Counted from the whole stretch's first letter, positions 46,825 through 59,839 are shown. The stretch: DNA of 63,959 nt, filler included, from Globobulimina sp. (GCA_003354225.1; 26 parts of 26 records of this genome joined end to end with filler, not necessarily neighbours in it), one strand, 5' to 3'. Program-made: numbers and translations. The notes: generated by a model not told the origin, from the letters alone.

Positions 46825-48821
46825 CACCAAATAGATCACCAAATAAACCACCAAATAAACCACCAAATAAATCACCCAATAAATCCCCAAAAGTAACCGC
46901 TAAGAAACCAAAAGCAAATAAGCCATCAAAACCAATTGCTAACAAAACATCAAAAGTTGCAGTTATAGCTAACAAACCAAATAAATCACAGAAAAAATCA
47001 CCAAATATTTCATCAAAACCACCAACAACCAAAACACAAACAAAAACTGCCTCAACTAAGCCAGTCCCAAAGCGCCCAAAATCGATAAAGCCCCAAAATG
47101 TGCAACCGCCCAAACAGCAAACGGACGTAAAAAAAGTAAAAATAGCTCACAATCCACATACATCCCAGTCACAGAATGCAACGGATGATCAAAAAACTGT
47201 ATCCATAGAAGCAGCGGCCCCAATCTCTATAATTTCAGATTCAGTGACTGAATGTGAGAAATTTTTAGAATCTGAACGCGTTTATGTTAAAAATGGATTA
47301 CGTATCGGCTACGAAGTGTTTTTCCATCGCTTAGAGATCCACAACAAACTCAACGATGCCATCTTATCCGACGACGAAATCCAAGCTCTCTTTGGAAACT
47401 ACGCCATGCTCTACAATGTGAACCGAAAATTACTCGAAGATTTGCTACACATTCGACTCAACCAAGGCTCAGATGCATTGCGCGATAATTTGGGCGAGAT
47501 TATGGTGAAATTCATACCTTATTTTCGAATGTATTCCGATTACATTGTAAAAAAAAGGACTGCCATCACCAAGTTAGACGGCTTAAAAAAAAGCAATAAC
47601 AAATTCGCGCAGTTCGTCAAAATCAACGAAATGTGCGTCAAACGCAAATTAAAATCCTTTTTAGAAGAGCCGGCGGTGCGAATCATGCAATATTTACAAT
47701 ATTTGGGCAATATTTACGCCGGTCACAAGACTGACATTATGCTGCAAAGTATCATGGATATTAAAAAAGTGACGGATGAGATTGCGATTAAATGCAGAGA
47801 CAATAAGTCGCGGCAGTTAGTGGGCCAGATTCAAAGTGATTTGTTCGGGAATAAAATCCAATTATTAGCTGCGCACAGACTGTGCATCGCGTATTGTACT
47901 ATGAATTTATTATTGAATCAAGAGAAGAAGATAAAAACGTGTCCGTTTATATTATGCAACGATATTTTTTTGATTGGCAGCGCTGTGACAAAATTCAAAT
48001 CTGGGAACTTAATTTCTGTGCATCCCTTGATTGGACTGAGAGTGGTGAATATTGATTGGGTGGAATACAAATTTAGTTTGTTGCCGGCGAATATTGTGGC
48101 GTTTGCAGAGAGTACCGAGAAAATGGAGAAATGGATCAAAATGATCCAGGAAGCGGTGGATGAACAGGAACATAGTTTGAAGCAATGCAATGTGGTGGAT
48201 TTGGAGAAGCGATTACGAAAACAAAAAACGTCGAAGGAGGGACAGTCCGATACTATAAATATTACCAATCCCGCACGGATTCGGCAGATTGAAATATGGA
48301 GGAATAAAAAATTTAAAGTGGCTGGGTCTGGTAACTCTGGCTCTGGTTCGAAGTCTGTGGCACAGTCAAAAGTAAAAGTTACTGTAAAACCGAGGGTTGA
48401 GGCCAGCAAAAACAAAACGAAACCGGTAGTGGAGAAGAAAGAAAATGTGAATTCTGTGAGTGTGGCAAAGAGAAAAGTGGAGAAAGTGGAGGAAGAGAAA
48501 GAAGAGGAATATGTAGAGAGTGATGGTGATGATGATGGGGTTGGTGGTGAGGTGGTGGAGGAAAATAATAAAGAGATAAATAGGCGTAATGATGGAGGTG
48601 GACACAGTAAAGCAATGTCATCGAGAATGAGTTTAATGTCTGGGATAACAGGGTTTAATAATAAGTCTTTGAAACGCGTGGATAGCGAGACTTTGCGGTT
48701 AGGAAAAAGTGAGCCGGAGGCAGTGGATAATTTATTACAATCGACATTAAAGAATTATAGGAAATTTGTAATGGATGATGATGACGATGAGAGCGATAGT
48801 GATAATGAATGGAGTGACTAA
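46825..48821 (+). CDS. DH-PH RhoGEF with C-terminal WH2-central-acidic (WCA/VCA) module, 5'-partial
   Basis: DH: FLESERVYV..L, IQALFGN, PYFRMYSDY, LKSFLEEPAVRIMQY. PH: FILCNDIFL...EKMEKWIKMI. Tail: RMSLMSGITGFNNKSLKRV / NLLQSTLKNYRKFV / DDDDDESDSDNEWSD*. N-terminal PNK(S/P) repeats. Confidence 0.85.
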
Positions 48822-49287
48822 TCATACAATGTATAAAAAATAGTATAACTGTTTTTAGAGTGAAGTAAGTTTAGAATGTTAGCTTTATTTTTATCTGTCA
48901 TGTTAACAAACTGATACCAAGAATCAATGACAGATACGAGGATTTATCCATTGTCGAAACCATTTCACAGCTTTTGTTTGTGTTACAATTGAATTGCCAG
49001 ATGGTGTACTCGTAAAATTCATAATTATATGGTCAGAGTATTAAGAACTTGTTAGGCAATGTTAGCTCATATGATGTTGTAATCTTGCAATCTTTTAGTA
49101 AGTAACTAAGTAACCTAAACGATATATTCCAAAAGATACACCCCCTGGTCGATAAGTACTTATTGGTCAGATTAATTTAACATCATANNNNNNNNNNNNN
49201 NNNNNNNNNNNNNNNNNNNNNNNNNNNNNNNTTAATTAATTAANNNNNNNNNNNNNNNNNNNNNNNNNNNNNNNNNNNNNNNNNNNN

Positions 49288-50899
49288 TTTTTATTTCAAT
49301 ATCAAGCGACTCGATGTAGAGAAATATATTTGCATACAAACCCCTTTAGAGATCATATACACTCTACCATAGGTTTCAAGCACTCGAACTCAAGGCGAAT
49401 TCGACCGGATAAATTCCAAAGGTCTAATTTGTTTGATAAATTGTGCATTTCCGATGAGATAAATATATCAAAACATTGTGCTTCTAATTTTTCAATTTCT
49501 AATCTTAATTTGTTATCATTTCCAGGTTCATTTATGTTATTTAAAAACCATGAAAATATGCATCTGGTTTTACTCATAAATTTTTTTAATGTTTTTTCCA
49601 TTAAAACGCTTTCGATCGCAAAATTATTGGGACTGTTTAAACGTAGTTCCGATATCGATTCAATTTGCAACGAATTTCCTCTTTTTTCAACCTGTTTGTT
49701 GTAAATCATTTCCATTTTATTTGATATGAATTCAGAAAACGGTTTCAATAAAATTTTAATAATATCGTTATTGTAGCTAATATTCTCATTATTGAAAAAC
49801 AAATGTTTCTCAATTATTTTCATAAAAATATTCTGATGATTCTTCAACGAATCCATTAAAACATCAATCAAATCCATTGCAGTGCCAATACCTTTTATTT
49901 CTTTCATTCTATCACAAAATGGATCAAACGCATTGTGAATGATTATGGGAATATCTTCATTTAAATCTGCAAAAACCAATGCTATCTTTGATTCACTTTC
50001 ATTTTGTTGTGAAATTATTTGAATTTTATCTGTGCATAACATTTTAATTTGATGTATATAAAAACTTTAAATTGTAAAAAATAAAGTACTTAACATTTGA
50101 TGTAAGATACAGACTGCAGTGCATTTAGTAACAATGGTAACGTTTTATCCATAAATATTGATGAAAACTTTAAGTATTTTGAAGTGAGTGCAATGCACCA
50201 ATCTTTTATGTCATTTGTTAAATTATTAATTGTATAAATTTCGGATATTGACAAATTATCATTGAGTTTAATCCATAATCCGTTTAAATATCTGTTCAAT
50301 TTAATTAATATCATCGAATCAAAGGCTTTATCAACTTCTTTTGAGTGTGAATCCTTTGGAATTGCTGGGATTAACTTATAATAAACGTTTTCAACAATTT
50401 CGGGTAAATTATCAGTTATTTTTGAATTTATTGTTCGCGTTAATTCCTCAAATTGATTGGTCCACTTTGTGCCATCTGTAATATCTTTATTGTTTTTGTT
50501 TTTTTCTCTTAAATTTACAATAATTTGGATGATCATTATGCTACATCCAATTATTTCATATCCATTGTTATCATTTTCATAGCTTATCACAACTTTGCTA
50601 TTATTGTCACTTAATGTTATTTTCAACATTTTGCGTAAATCAATGACGTGTTCATCACATTGTAATTGTCGTTCATTCTGTTTCTGTTCATTATCTTCTT
50701 GCTTCTCCGTATAATACCTATTACATTTTAGTAGTATTGTGTCATTATCATTTATTTTGCACGATACCACCTCAATGGTTCTGTTCATTAAATTATGAAT
50801 TATAAAATCAACGCATGTATTTAAATTAGAATGTCTTAACTGAAGATGATATTTGTTATCGCTCTGCAAATTACGTACTAATGCAACACATTTATCCAT
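49288..50899 (-). CDS. Hypothetical helical protein, multi-exon, 3'-partial
   Basis: Two consecutive long ORFs (269 and 229 aa) separated by an intron-sized AT-rich gap with a GTAAG donor. No motif recognised. Confidence 0.4.
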
Positions 50900-50993
50900 T
50901 GTGAATAAACAAGGAGGTTTCGATCAGGTTTCAACAAAAGCAAAGTAAAGTTTTTGAGTACGCTAAAAATGCGGAATGCAGCTGCTAATTAAT

Positions 50994-51650
50994 CTAAATC
51001 TTCCGCTCTCCAAATTCAAGATCAGAAAAATCAACATTATCCACAATATCCCTGCACCCAAATGCATGCCTTGCATCTGACATTATGTACAATGATCCAC
51101 AAACAATCAATATTTGTTCCTTATTTGCTTTGTTCTCATTATTCACAACGCATTCATTCAAAGCATATTTAATAATTCCGTTACAATTTCCATCCGGTAC
51201 ATTCTCCACTATTTTGTTTTTATGTCCATTTATTTGGTGTATATTCTCCAAATAACATTGTTCCAAATCATGTACAGTCAGTGATCTTTTATTTACATTT
51301 GACTTCGATACAAAATGTATATATTTCGCATATTTATCAACGACCTCTAGACATTGACTAACATTCTTTCCTTTGGACATTCCAATAACAACCCGATAAT
51401 CATACATTGTTCGATTATATTCTGATTGCAACAAATCGAACAATCTCTCCATTGCACACAAATTATGCGCACAATCCATAATACAATGCACCGATTCACA
51501 GCCAATTAGTTCAAATCTACAGTCTGGTTTCGCAGACAATGCACGGTCAATATCTATATTACACAACGAGTCCTTTAATAATGCATCCTTTTCAGCTAAA
51601 AGATCAACACATTTCCTAGCAATTATTATATTTTCTTCATCAAAGCTGAT
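50994..51650 (-). CDS. Folylpolyglutamate/dihydrofolate synthase (FolC) C-terminal domain, 5'-partial
   Basis: CRFE...IMDCAHN and ILIVCGSLYIMSDAR. Confidence 0.8.
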   Translation of the reverse strand: MSFDEENIIIARKCVDLLAEKDALLKDSLCNIDIDRALSAKPDCRFELIGCESVHCIMDCAHNLCAMERLFDLLQSEYNRTMYDYRVVIGMSKGKNVSQCLEVVDKYAKYIHFVSKSNVNKRSLTVHDLEQCYLENIHQINGHKNKIVENVPDGNCNGIIKYALNECVVNNENKANKEQILIVCGSLYIMSDARHAFGCRDIVDNVDFSDLEFGERKI

Positions 51651-51801
51651 NNNNNNNNNNNNNNNNNNNNNNNNNNNNNNNNNNNNNNNNNNNNTTAATT
51701 AATTAANNNNNNNNNNNNNNNNNNNNNNNNNNNNNNNNNNNNNNNNNNNNATAAAAAGTATTTTCATCAATAATTATTTTGTTTATATGCTATGTATGAA
51801 A

Positions 51802-54112
51802 GGAGCCGACTTCTGGAATGGATCCGGAAAATCGACGCAAAGTATGGGATATTATTGAGCAAGAAAAGAAAAACAGACTCATCATCTTAACGACCCACTA
51901 CATGTATTACCAATATCTGCTCTTTTGTTTACATTCTATACATACATAAACACCAAAGGGACGAAGCTGATACGTTAGGCGATAGAATTGCGATTATGTC
52001 GAGCGGGCAAATTAAATGTTGCGGCTCTGCCTTATATCTCAAGCGATTGTATGGTGTGGGATATTCCTTTACTGTCTCATTGAAATCTGGCACCAATTTG
52101 GAAGAAGAAAAGGATGCATCATTGAAAGGCGAAATTGATGACATATTATCTGACATCAATGGAATGGAAACTGTCTCAGTCGCTGCCTCTGAAATATTAT
52201 ACAAATTGCCGTTTGAAGGCAGTGGCGAATTTGCCAATGTGTTCCAGAAACTGGATCAGAACAAACAGAACTTGAAAATAGAAACCTTTGGCGTCTCAGT
52301 GACTACCTTGGAAGAGGTCTTTCTAAAAATTGGCAATCATGACACAAAAACGAACGACATGAACGACAAGATTGCGAGTTCCGACCAAGAGGCAGAACAA
52401 GAAGAGAAATACGCATATGATACAGTGGGAGATTTGAAATTTGAACAAGCCGAGTTTCAGTTGGAAAACAGCAATGCTTTATGGATATTGATGATCCATA
52501 TTTATGCCATATTATATAAACGGTTTTGGTGGTCCATCCGCGACATCAAAGGCATAATTTGCCAGATTGTTTTACCGGTGGTTCTGATCGGATTATTATT
52601 TGGTTTGACCGAAGAAATCCAAATCTCGCAACAAGAGCTACATTTAGCACCCTCGCAGTTTGTGGATGAATATACGGATTCGGTCATTGTTCCCATTGGG
52701 AAATTAGCTGAAGATTATACTATCAATGTCAGCAATTTGTATTACACGGATCCAGATTATAATTGGCCTCGTTTTTACCACGAGAATATGCAATCGACCT
52801 TTGGCCATAACCAGACATTTTCGATCGGTACAAATGCCAGTACGGACATTTCCTGTTTAGGTTATAATGCGAATTCTGTTCAATTTTATAGCGATTCGCC
52901 ACCAAATTGCACCGCTAGTTTGCAAGAAGAAATATATCACCATTCGTCACGTCGCAGTACGCCATATTTTGGGTTTTACTTTTCACCGCATATAAATACG
53001 CATGAATGGGAGAGTAACAATGAAGTGTTGTTTGGAGTGAATGCCTCCGCCTATCATTCATTGCCAATATCCGCCAATGTGTGGAGTAATTGGGTACTGC
53101 GCAATGTCTATGACTCCGAGCATGCGGCACAAATTAATGTGTATTCCTATCCATTTCCAAAGACCAAACAAGAAGAACAGGTCCAAACTGCACAGAGCGG
53201 TATGCAGACCGCCATTAATTTATTAATTGCATTCACATTAATCCCCGCGTCGAGCATTTATTTCGTAGTCAACGAGAAGATAATCGGCACAAAACATCAA
53301 CAATTTGTGTCTGGCATTTCCATCCCGTCATATTGGATTGGCACATATGTCTCTGACATATTATTGGGAGTCCCTGCATCCACATTGGTGGTGGTCTTGG
53401 TATACATATTCGATGTGGACGAGTTCAAAAATGCGGCCGCTATGCCACTCTTTCTATCACTTTTATTATTTGTGTCGTCATCCATTGCGGCTGGATATTT
53501 GTTACATTTTTGGTTCAAATCGCCGGGCAAAGCACAGTTTATCACCATTTTATTTAACATCTTATTAGGTGTAATATTCACGATCGTCACCTCAGTCTTA
53601 GACAGCATCGGCGATGAATCCACAGACCAGACCTCGGAGGATATAAAAACTGTGGTGCGCATATTGCCGATTTTTCTCTTATCTGAAAATATATTGCGAA
53701 TAATCAGCAAACCGTTTGAGAATCCAACCAAATCCTATTGGCATTACAAGGTAACGCAGAGAAATATTAATTATATGATTTTAGAATCAGTTGGGTATTT
53801 TTTGCTGGTTATACTCATCGAATACGCCCGCTCCTTTCCGTCATTATTGGCAAAGTTAGGCTTCGTAGTGGACCAACCTCGAAAATATATACGCTTAGAC
53901 GAGGACGTGTTGGCTGAACAAGAACGCATCAAACAAGCAGTGGACCCCGTGACTGGCAACTTTATCTCCGGGATCTTGGACGACACGGTGGTTTTGTGTG
54001 GATTACGCAAAGTGTATGGAACAGTTTAATAATACCTGGCCAATATCTAGCCATTTTATGTAAAATATATACTTACATTTTGTCGGACAAGGAAAAACTG
54101 TACATTAAGTTC
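51802..54112 (+). CDS. ABCA subfamily transporter, internal fragment
   Basis: [20 protein letters not shown](intron)[39 protein letters not shown]...YW, DEDV..E..R, LRKVY. Confidence 0.95.
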
Positions 54113-54461
54113 NNNNNNNNNNNNNNNNNNNNNNNNNNNNNNNNNNNNNNNNNNNNTTAATTAATTAANNNNNNNNNNNNNNNNNNNNNNNNNNNNNNNN
54201 NNNNNNNNNNNNACAATAATAATAATAACAACAACAACAACAACAATAATAACTGTCAACCATATTCAAACTATAATCATTACATTCAATAACTAACTAA
54301 CTAACTAACTAACTTGCAATCCAATCTTGAGTCACCTTCAGCCACCTTCAGCCACAGTAGTAAGGGCTTGTTTTTATACTAATGTACCAAGACAGTTAAC
54401 TTTTTTGGCTTAGTTGCGTTTCGTTTCATTTCAACGATATATTATTTGATTAAGTGAAAGA

Positions 54462-54664
54462 AATGCATTAAAGTCAGAGGTTTGAGAGGTTGAGAGGTTC
54501 GGAGGTTTATGCGTTGAGAAGTTGAGATGTTCAGAAGTTGAATTATTAATGAAACAAGAATCCAATTCTACGATACTTTTATCCACCAACTTCTCAACAT
54601 CCCAACCTCTCAACGCATAAACTTCTAAACCTCTCAACTTCTCAACCTCTGACTTAAATGCATT
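54462..54664. repeat. Imperfect inverted repeat (arms 54462-54540 / 54587-54664) built from GTTGAGA(G/A) subrepeats
   Basis: aatgcattaaagtcagagg...tttatgcgttgaga...agaagttg pairs with caacttct...tctcaacgcataaa...cctctgacttaaatgcatt. Confidence 0.9.
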
Positions 54665-54723
54665 CCTTCCATTGATATCCAAATTATCAGAGTTTTCAAA
54701 TGTTGGTTTATCATGATAAAGAA

Positions 54724-55671
54724 TAGGTATGAGCACACTAACTCTTTCGTCATTTGGCTTGCTTTTTTGATTGGTGTATTGTGTGTGTATTGTATCACTC
54801 AGACAGGTTCTAAAAGGAAAGACTTCAATTCCTCGATTTGACAAAGTTAGATTTATGGTTTGAAAAATAATGTGATAAATAAAGGAGAAAATGTCATAGG
54901 ATTTTTATGGAATATCATTGGATTTTTATGGAATATTAATTGATTATTGAATTATAGAATGTATTTGTTGTTGTTTTAGGTGGTATTAATTGATGGATAT
55001 TTGGTTGATTATTGCATTAATGACATTTGCGCATTTTCGCATAACAAATTTGCGTTTCTATTTGGAAAGAATAAAAGTTGGGTTGGTTGGCCACAAAGGG
55101 ATATATTGTTTGGAACAAGGTAGAAAGGAAAAGGTAGAAAATATCAATCATATATTGGTGAATATGATATGGTATATTTTGTGTGATAACTTATTTTGCA
55201 AGGAGCTTTATTTAACATTTTATAAAATGATATCATTTGCGCATAAATGCTGCATTTTTTTAAACCTTGTTCCAAACAATATATCCCTTAATTCCCTTTG
55301 TGTCCAACCAAACCCCAACTTTTATTCTTAAATAGAAACGCAAATTTGCTATGCGAAAATGCGCAAATGTCCTTAATGCAATAATCAACCAAATATCCAT
55401 CAATACCACCTAAAACAACAACCAATACATTCTATAATTCAAAAATCAATTAATATTCCATAAAAATCCAATGATATTCCATAAAAATCCTATGACATTT
55501 TCTCCTTTATTTATCACATGATTTTTCAAACCATAAATCTAACTTTGTCAAATCGAGGAATTGAAGTCTTTCCTTTTAGAATCTGTCTGATTGATACAAT
55601 ACACACACACACACAATACACAAATCAAAAAAGCAAGCCAAATGACGAAAGAGTTAGTGTGCTCATACCTA
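54724..55671. repeat. Long imperfect inverted repeat (~400-bp arms, ~140-bp spacer); foldback/MITE-like
   Basis: Arm 54724-55121 is the reverse complement of 55264-55671, with scattered substitutions and small indels. Confidence 0.95.
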
Positions 55672-57247
55672 AAACCTAGTTGTGTTTGACAATAATAATT
55701 GTAAGGAGAGTAAAGGAAACGAGAAACAGGCGTCGCCCTCATTAGATGATCTAGATTTGCAAGAAATAGACACTATAAGAAGTAATTGGCATCCATGATG
55801 TCGTCAGACAGTCAGACAGCCAGACAGCCAGACACTTATTTGCCAATAAATGAGTCAATGCAACATCGATCCTCTCTGAAATCAACCTGATATAAATTCA
55901 ATGTATAATTATGGAGCAGGATGCTCTGCTGATTAATCCACCAAAAATATTCTCTTTTCAATATGTCCAAATAATGGACATTTTGTGTGTATAATAAATT
56001 AAATTCATCATAAAGGTTAAATGCATTATTAAAGTTTGACACAGTTATTTTTGCAGAGATTATCCAAAATGTATCTCAATAACAAATCTCTCGAAATCTG
56101 CCACCGGCAACAATCATTTGTGGGTTTGCCAATGGTAATATTTATATATTGTAATTTAAACTGATTCTTTGTTAGTTGTTAAATAATATTTGATTCCGTT
56201 CCATATTCATTGGCATTAAAAAAATTAAATTCTTGAATTGTTCTAATAAATATCGTGTTCTTCGGGTTCCCGTTCTTCATTGTTGAATAAAAATAACGTT
56301 TTGGTGTAGGAGATTCTTGTGGTTCCACCAAAAAATATCAGCTTGCTCGATTTGCATGAATTCTTTTTTGCGGATTGCTGCTACAGCTGACATTCATTAT
56401 TTTTGTTTTTGTTTTTGCAAAGCTAAAACTATTTACACACTTCCAAATCCCTACAATAAAACAAGCACTAGCCACGTACAACAAACATGAATAGCATTTT
56501 AAGCACAATATTATTATTAAAAGCAATGCGTATGTCTGGAGCTGGAGCATATCAAGTTTCCCATTATGAATATGNNNNNNNNNNNNNNNNNNNNNNNNNN
56601 NNNNNNNNNNNNNNNNNNTTAATTAATTAANNNNNNNNNNNNNNNNNNNNNNNNNNNNNNNNNNNNNNNNNNNNGGATTGTTGTGCTGGGATAATGGGAA
56701 GGTATTTCCTGCCGTCTATGATACGAATCGAAAAGAGTTTACCATACCGACAGATTTTCACCCATCACAATTGCGGGGAATATTAAATGAGACGAATATT
56801 AATTGGATTCCAAAAGAGTCGGACATTAAAACAGAGGTAAAAACTGACACTGACACTGACAGTGACATTAAATTGTGATCAAATATTTGTTTGTGTTCTG
56901 CGATGATTTTGAAAAAAAAAACAAATTCCCACAGGAAACAGAGTGTTGTATTACTTGTATACTGCATCAAAACTCTGTTTTTCATCTGATTTGTTAATGA
57001 GAGGAGGTGTAAATGAGAGGAGTGTAAATGAGAGGAGTGTAAATATCTGCAAAGCAAAAAACAGAGAAATTGAAAAAAAAAGAAAAAAATTTAAACTTAA
57101 CAAACCAATCAAGTATATAACATAAAGGTATTTAAACTATATTAATATATCATGTTTTTTGTAGGATACAATATATAAATATATAAATAAAACTAAAAAC
57201 AAAAACAATCAAACTAAATAAATAAACAAACAGAAATCAATTAATTT

Positions 57248-58565
57248 TCAAAATACAACATTTTTAGGATAGATCTTATTGCCACTAATCCAAATATATT
57301 TTAATTTGACAAATGATCGAATTAAATGTGTGAGACTCGTTGCTTTATTACGACGACTACTTTTATGCACCGCAAATTTATATGCCGACTCCCGTTTTAA
57401 TTGAACATGCTTTATCGTTGCTGTTTTACCATCGACTGTAATAATTGTTGCATTTACATAGCTAATAATAATTGTACTGCTTAATGTTGCTGATATTCGC
57501 AACGCAAAAGTTCCCGGAAAACATTTATTTAACACTTCTTCTGTATACGTTCTGTCCCAAAATAGATTCAATCGGAATGAGTCCCATAAATGTTTCATTT
57601 CATTTATTACACCACAACAACTCTTAAACCATTTGCAAAATTTAATAAATGCCTTTTGTTATATTATGCAAATATTATCAACTGTCTCACCACCAAAACG
57701 CAGAAAGATTGGCTTTATTTCAGCCTCACTTGGTAACCGCTTACATTTTGTTTGCTGTCGCCATACTTTTAGTAATCGAGGGAATAAAGTGTCAAAACAA
57801 CATATCGAGTTATCATAAAACTCGCAACATAATAACCATAAATTATGTGATGTCGTATCATCAATAATAATAAGTGATGTTTGCGTTGTTTGCATTGTTT
57901 CTGGATTTGGCGTTGCTGTGATATCCGAGAAATGTCCGCCATACACTAGTGCTACCGCAGTATTTCCAAATTCCACCGCAGGATTAGATTTTGATTTACT
58001 TATTTCTAAAACAGATGGTATACACAAATTTTCTTTATTTTCTATATTTATCACATTTTCGGATTTGTCATTTATATTTCAAGACATTCTTGAACGAGCC
58101 GTAATTGGTAATTTATTATTATTCCATTGTACCATATTCAATGAAACATATTGTCCATCATCGACAGCATATTGTGATCTTGGAGTTGGACGATTTGATA
58201 TTAGATCCTGTATATATGCCAATTGTCAACACGTACATAAATGTATATTTTCATTTTAAGTCACATACACAGGGACTTTCTGCGCTGCTTGATGTGGATG
58301 GTTGAAATTCTAAATGTAATTTTGAATCGTATATTTTATATGCATCGTACGCAACATTTTCAAATTCATTCATGGATGATGATGCATTTTGTAATAGTAA
58401 ACATTTTGGAGCACTGTCAAATTGTTCTGCATCAGGTGGATTTGATGAAAGTGATGAAAGTGATGAAAGTGGTGAAAGTGGTGAAAGTGATGAAAGTGAT
58501 GATAACGACATATGGTCCATATTAAACATGGGGTTGTCATTAGTATCAGTTTTAAATTGTGTCAT
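57248..58565 (-). pseudogene. STAT-like linker + SH2 domain gene with two in-frame stops (intron 58208-58268)
   Basis: AFIKFCKWF...KHLWD...FWDR..TEEVL...PGTFALRIS..IIISYV..IKH. One continuous frame after splicing, except TGA at 58079-58081 and TAA at 57659-57661. Confidence 0.65.
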
Positions 58566-58626
58566 TCTGTGCCTGTTGCTTGACTAATACGACAAAAAAC
58601 TTTTTGCTAGAAAATATATCATCTAA

Positions 58627-59036
58627 ATGTTGTCGCAGACGTTTCAAGATGCACAGGCGAAATGGATGGAACAAATGTTATCAAACAAAAATAATTTATG
58701 CGACACGATATTTATTGTTGGTCCAGAAAAGGAGAAAATGTATGGTTTACGAGCCTTGCTAGCAAACATATCACCAGTATTTAAAGCGCAATTATATGGT
58801 TCATTTAAAGAATCATCATTGGATGAAGTGATTGAATATCCCACAATCTCCGCAGTTGTATTTAAATGTATATTGCGTGTCTCATTTGGTTTAAATCCGC
58901 TAATCACCGAACATACCGCCGTGCCATTAATTGAGGCATCACATATGCTGCAAATACAGCCATTGCAACGAGAATGCCAATATTATTTACAACATTGCAT
59001 CAATGAAGAAAATGTTTTATTTTTATTAAACAGTGC
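58627..59036 (+). CDS. BTB/POZ domain protein, 3'-partial
   Basis: CDTIFIVG......RALLANISPVFKAQLYGSFKES...I...VF..IL...LIEASHMLQI..L..EC. Confidence 0.85.
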
Positions 59037-59136
59037 NNNNNNNNNNNNNNNNNNNNNNNNNNNNNNNNNNNNNNNNNNNNTTAATTAATTAANNNNNNNN
59101 NNNNNNNNNNNNNNNNNNNNNNNNNNNNNNNNNNNN

Positions 59137-59220
59137 TGGAGGTGGCTGTGGAGGAGGTGGCTGTGGAGGACGTGGCTGTGGAGGACGTGGCTGTGGATGA
59201 CGTGGCTGTGGAGGAGGTGG
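59137..59220. repeat. 15-bp tandem repeat (GTGGCTGTGGA[G/T]GA[C/G]), about 5.5 copies
   Basis: Directly visible at the contig start. Confidence 0.9.
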
Positions 59221-59839
59221 TGGGGTTCGTGTTCGTATCATATGCGAGCGAACCGCGCCATTTATTAGATAGCAAATTGTAATTTTTATTTTTGTGTTTT
59301 GTGTTTTGTGTTTTTATTCCATTTTACTGCATGTACAAATTCTTAAACGTTTCTATTTTACTGTCCCTAGGCCACGTAAACAGCTCCTTTTTTGAGACGT
59401 AAAGTTTTTTTACTGGCGTTTTTTTTGGGTAAAAACACTAATGAGTCTATCATAGATGTTATCAGAAACATTTATAAGATAAATTAATAGCAACTGAAAC
59501 AATTTATGATTAAAAAAACAATAATTATACAATGTAAATTCGATTCGTTTGTTTACCACATTCATTTTTCCACAATCCATCCCCCAAAACATTATTGACA
59601 AACAATGATCAAAGGACATGGTAAATGAAAATCAAAAACAAAACGTCGATATAAAGAGATAAGAGATAAAACACAAAACACAAAACACAAACATAAGCAA
59701 ACAAAAACAATAAAATAAAATACAATACAATTTACAAAATAAAAATACAAACTAAAAAATCAGTTATAAAATGTTTGAGATGAAAAACAAATTAAACAAT
59801 GAAAACACAAGCAATCCGATCAGATATTGATTAAATTCA

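Noticed and set aside
46224-48821. Rac gene next to the RhoGEF-WCA gene as a functional cluster
   Set aside because: They are on different contigs separated by the linker 46725-46824; adjacency results from length sorting.
54213-54313. (AAC/AAT)n and (CTAA)n tracts as telomeric repeats
   Set aside because: Short, mixed microsatellites that are not at a consistent terminus.
54431-55742. ORFs of 137, 113 and 64 aa inside the inverted repeats
   Set aside because: They lie in palindromic non-coding DNA and show no domain motifs.
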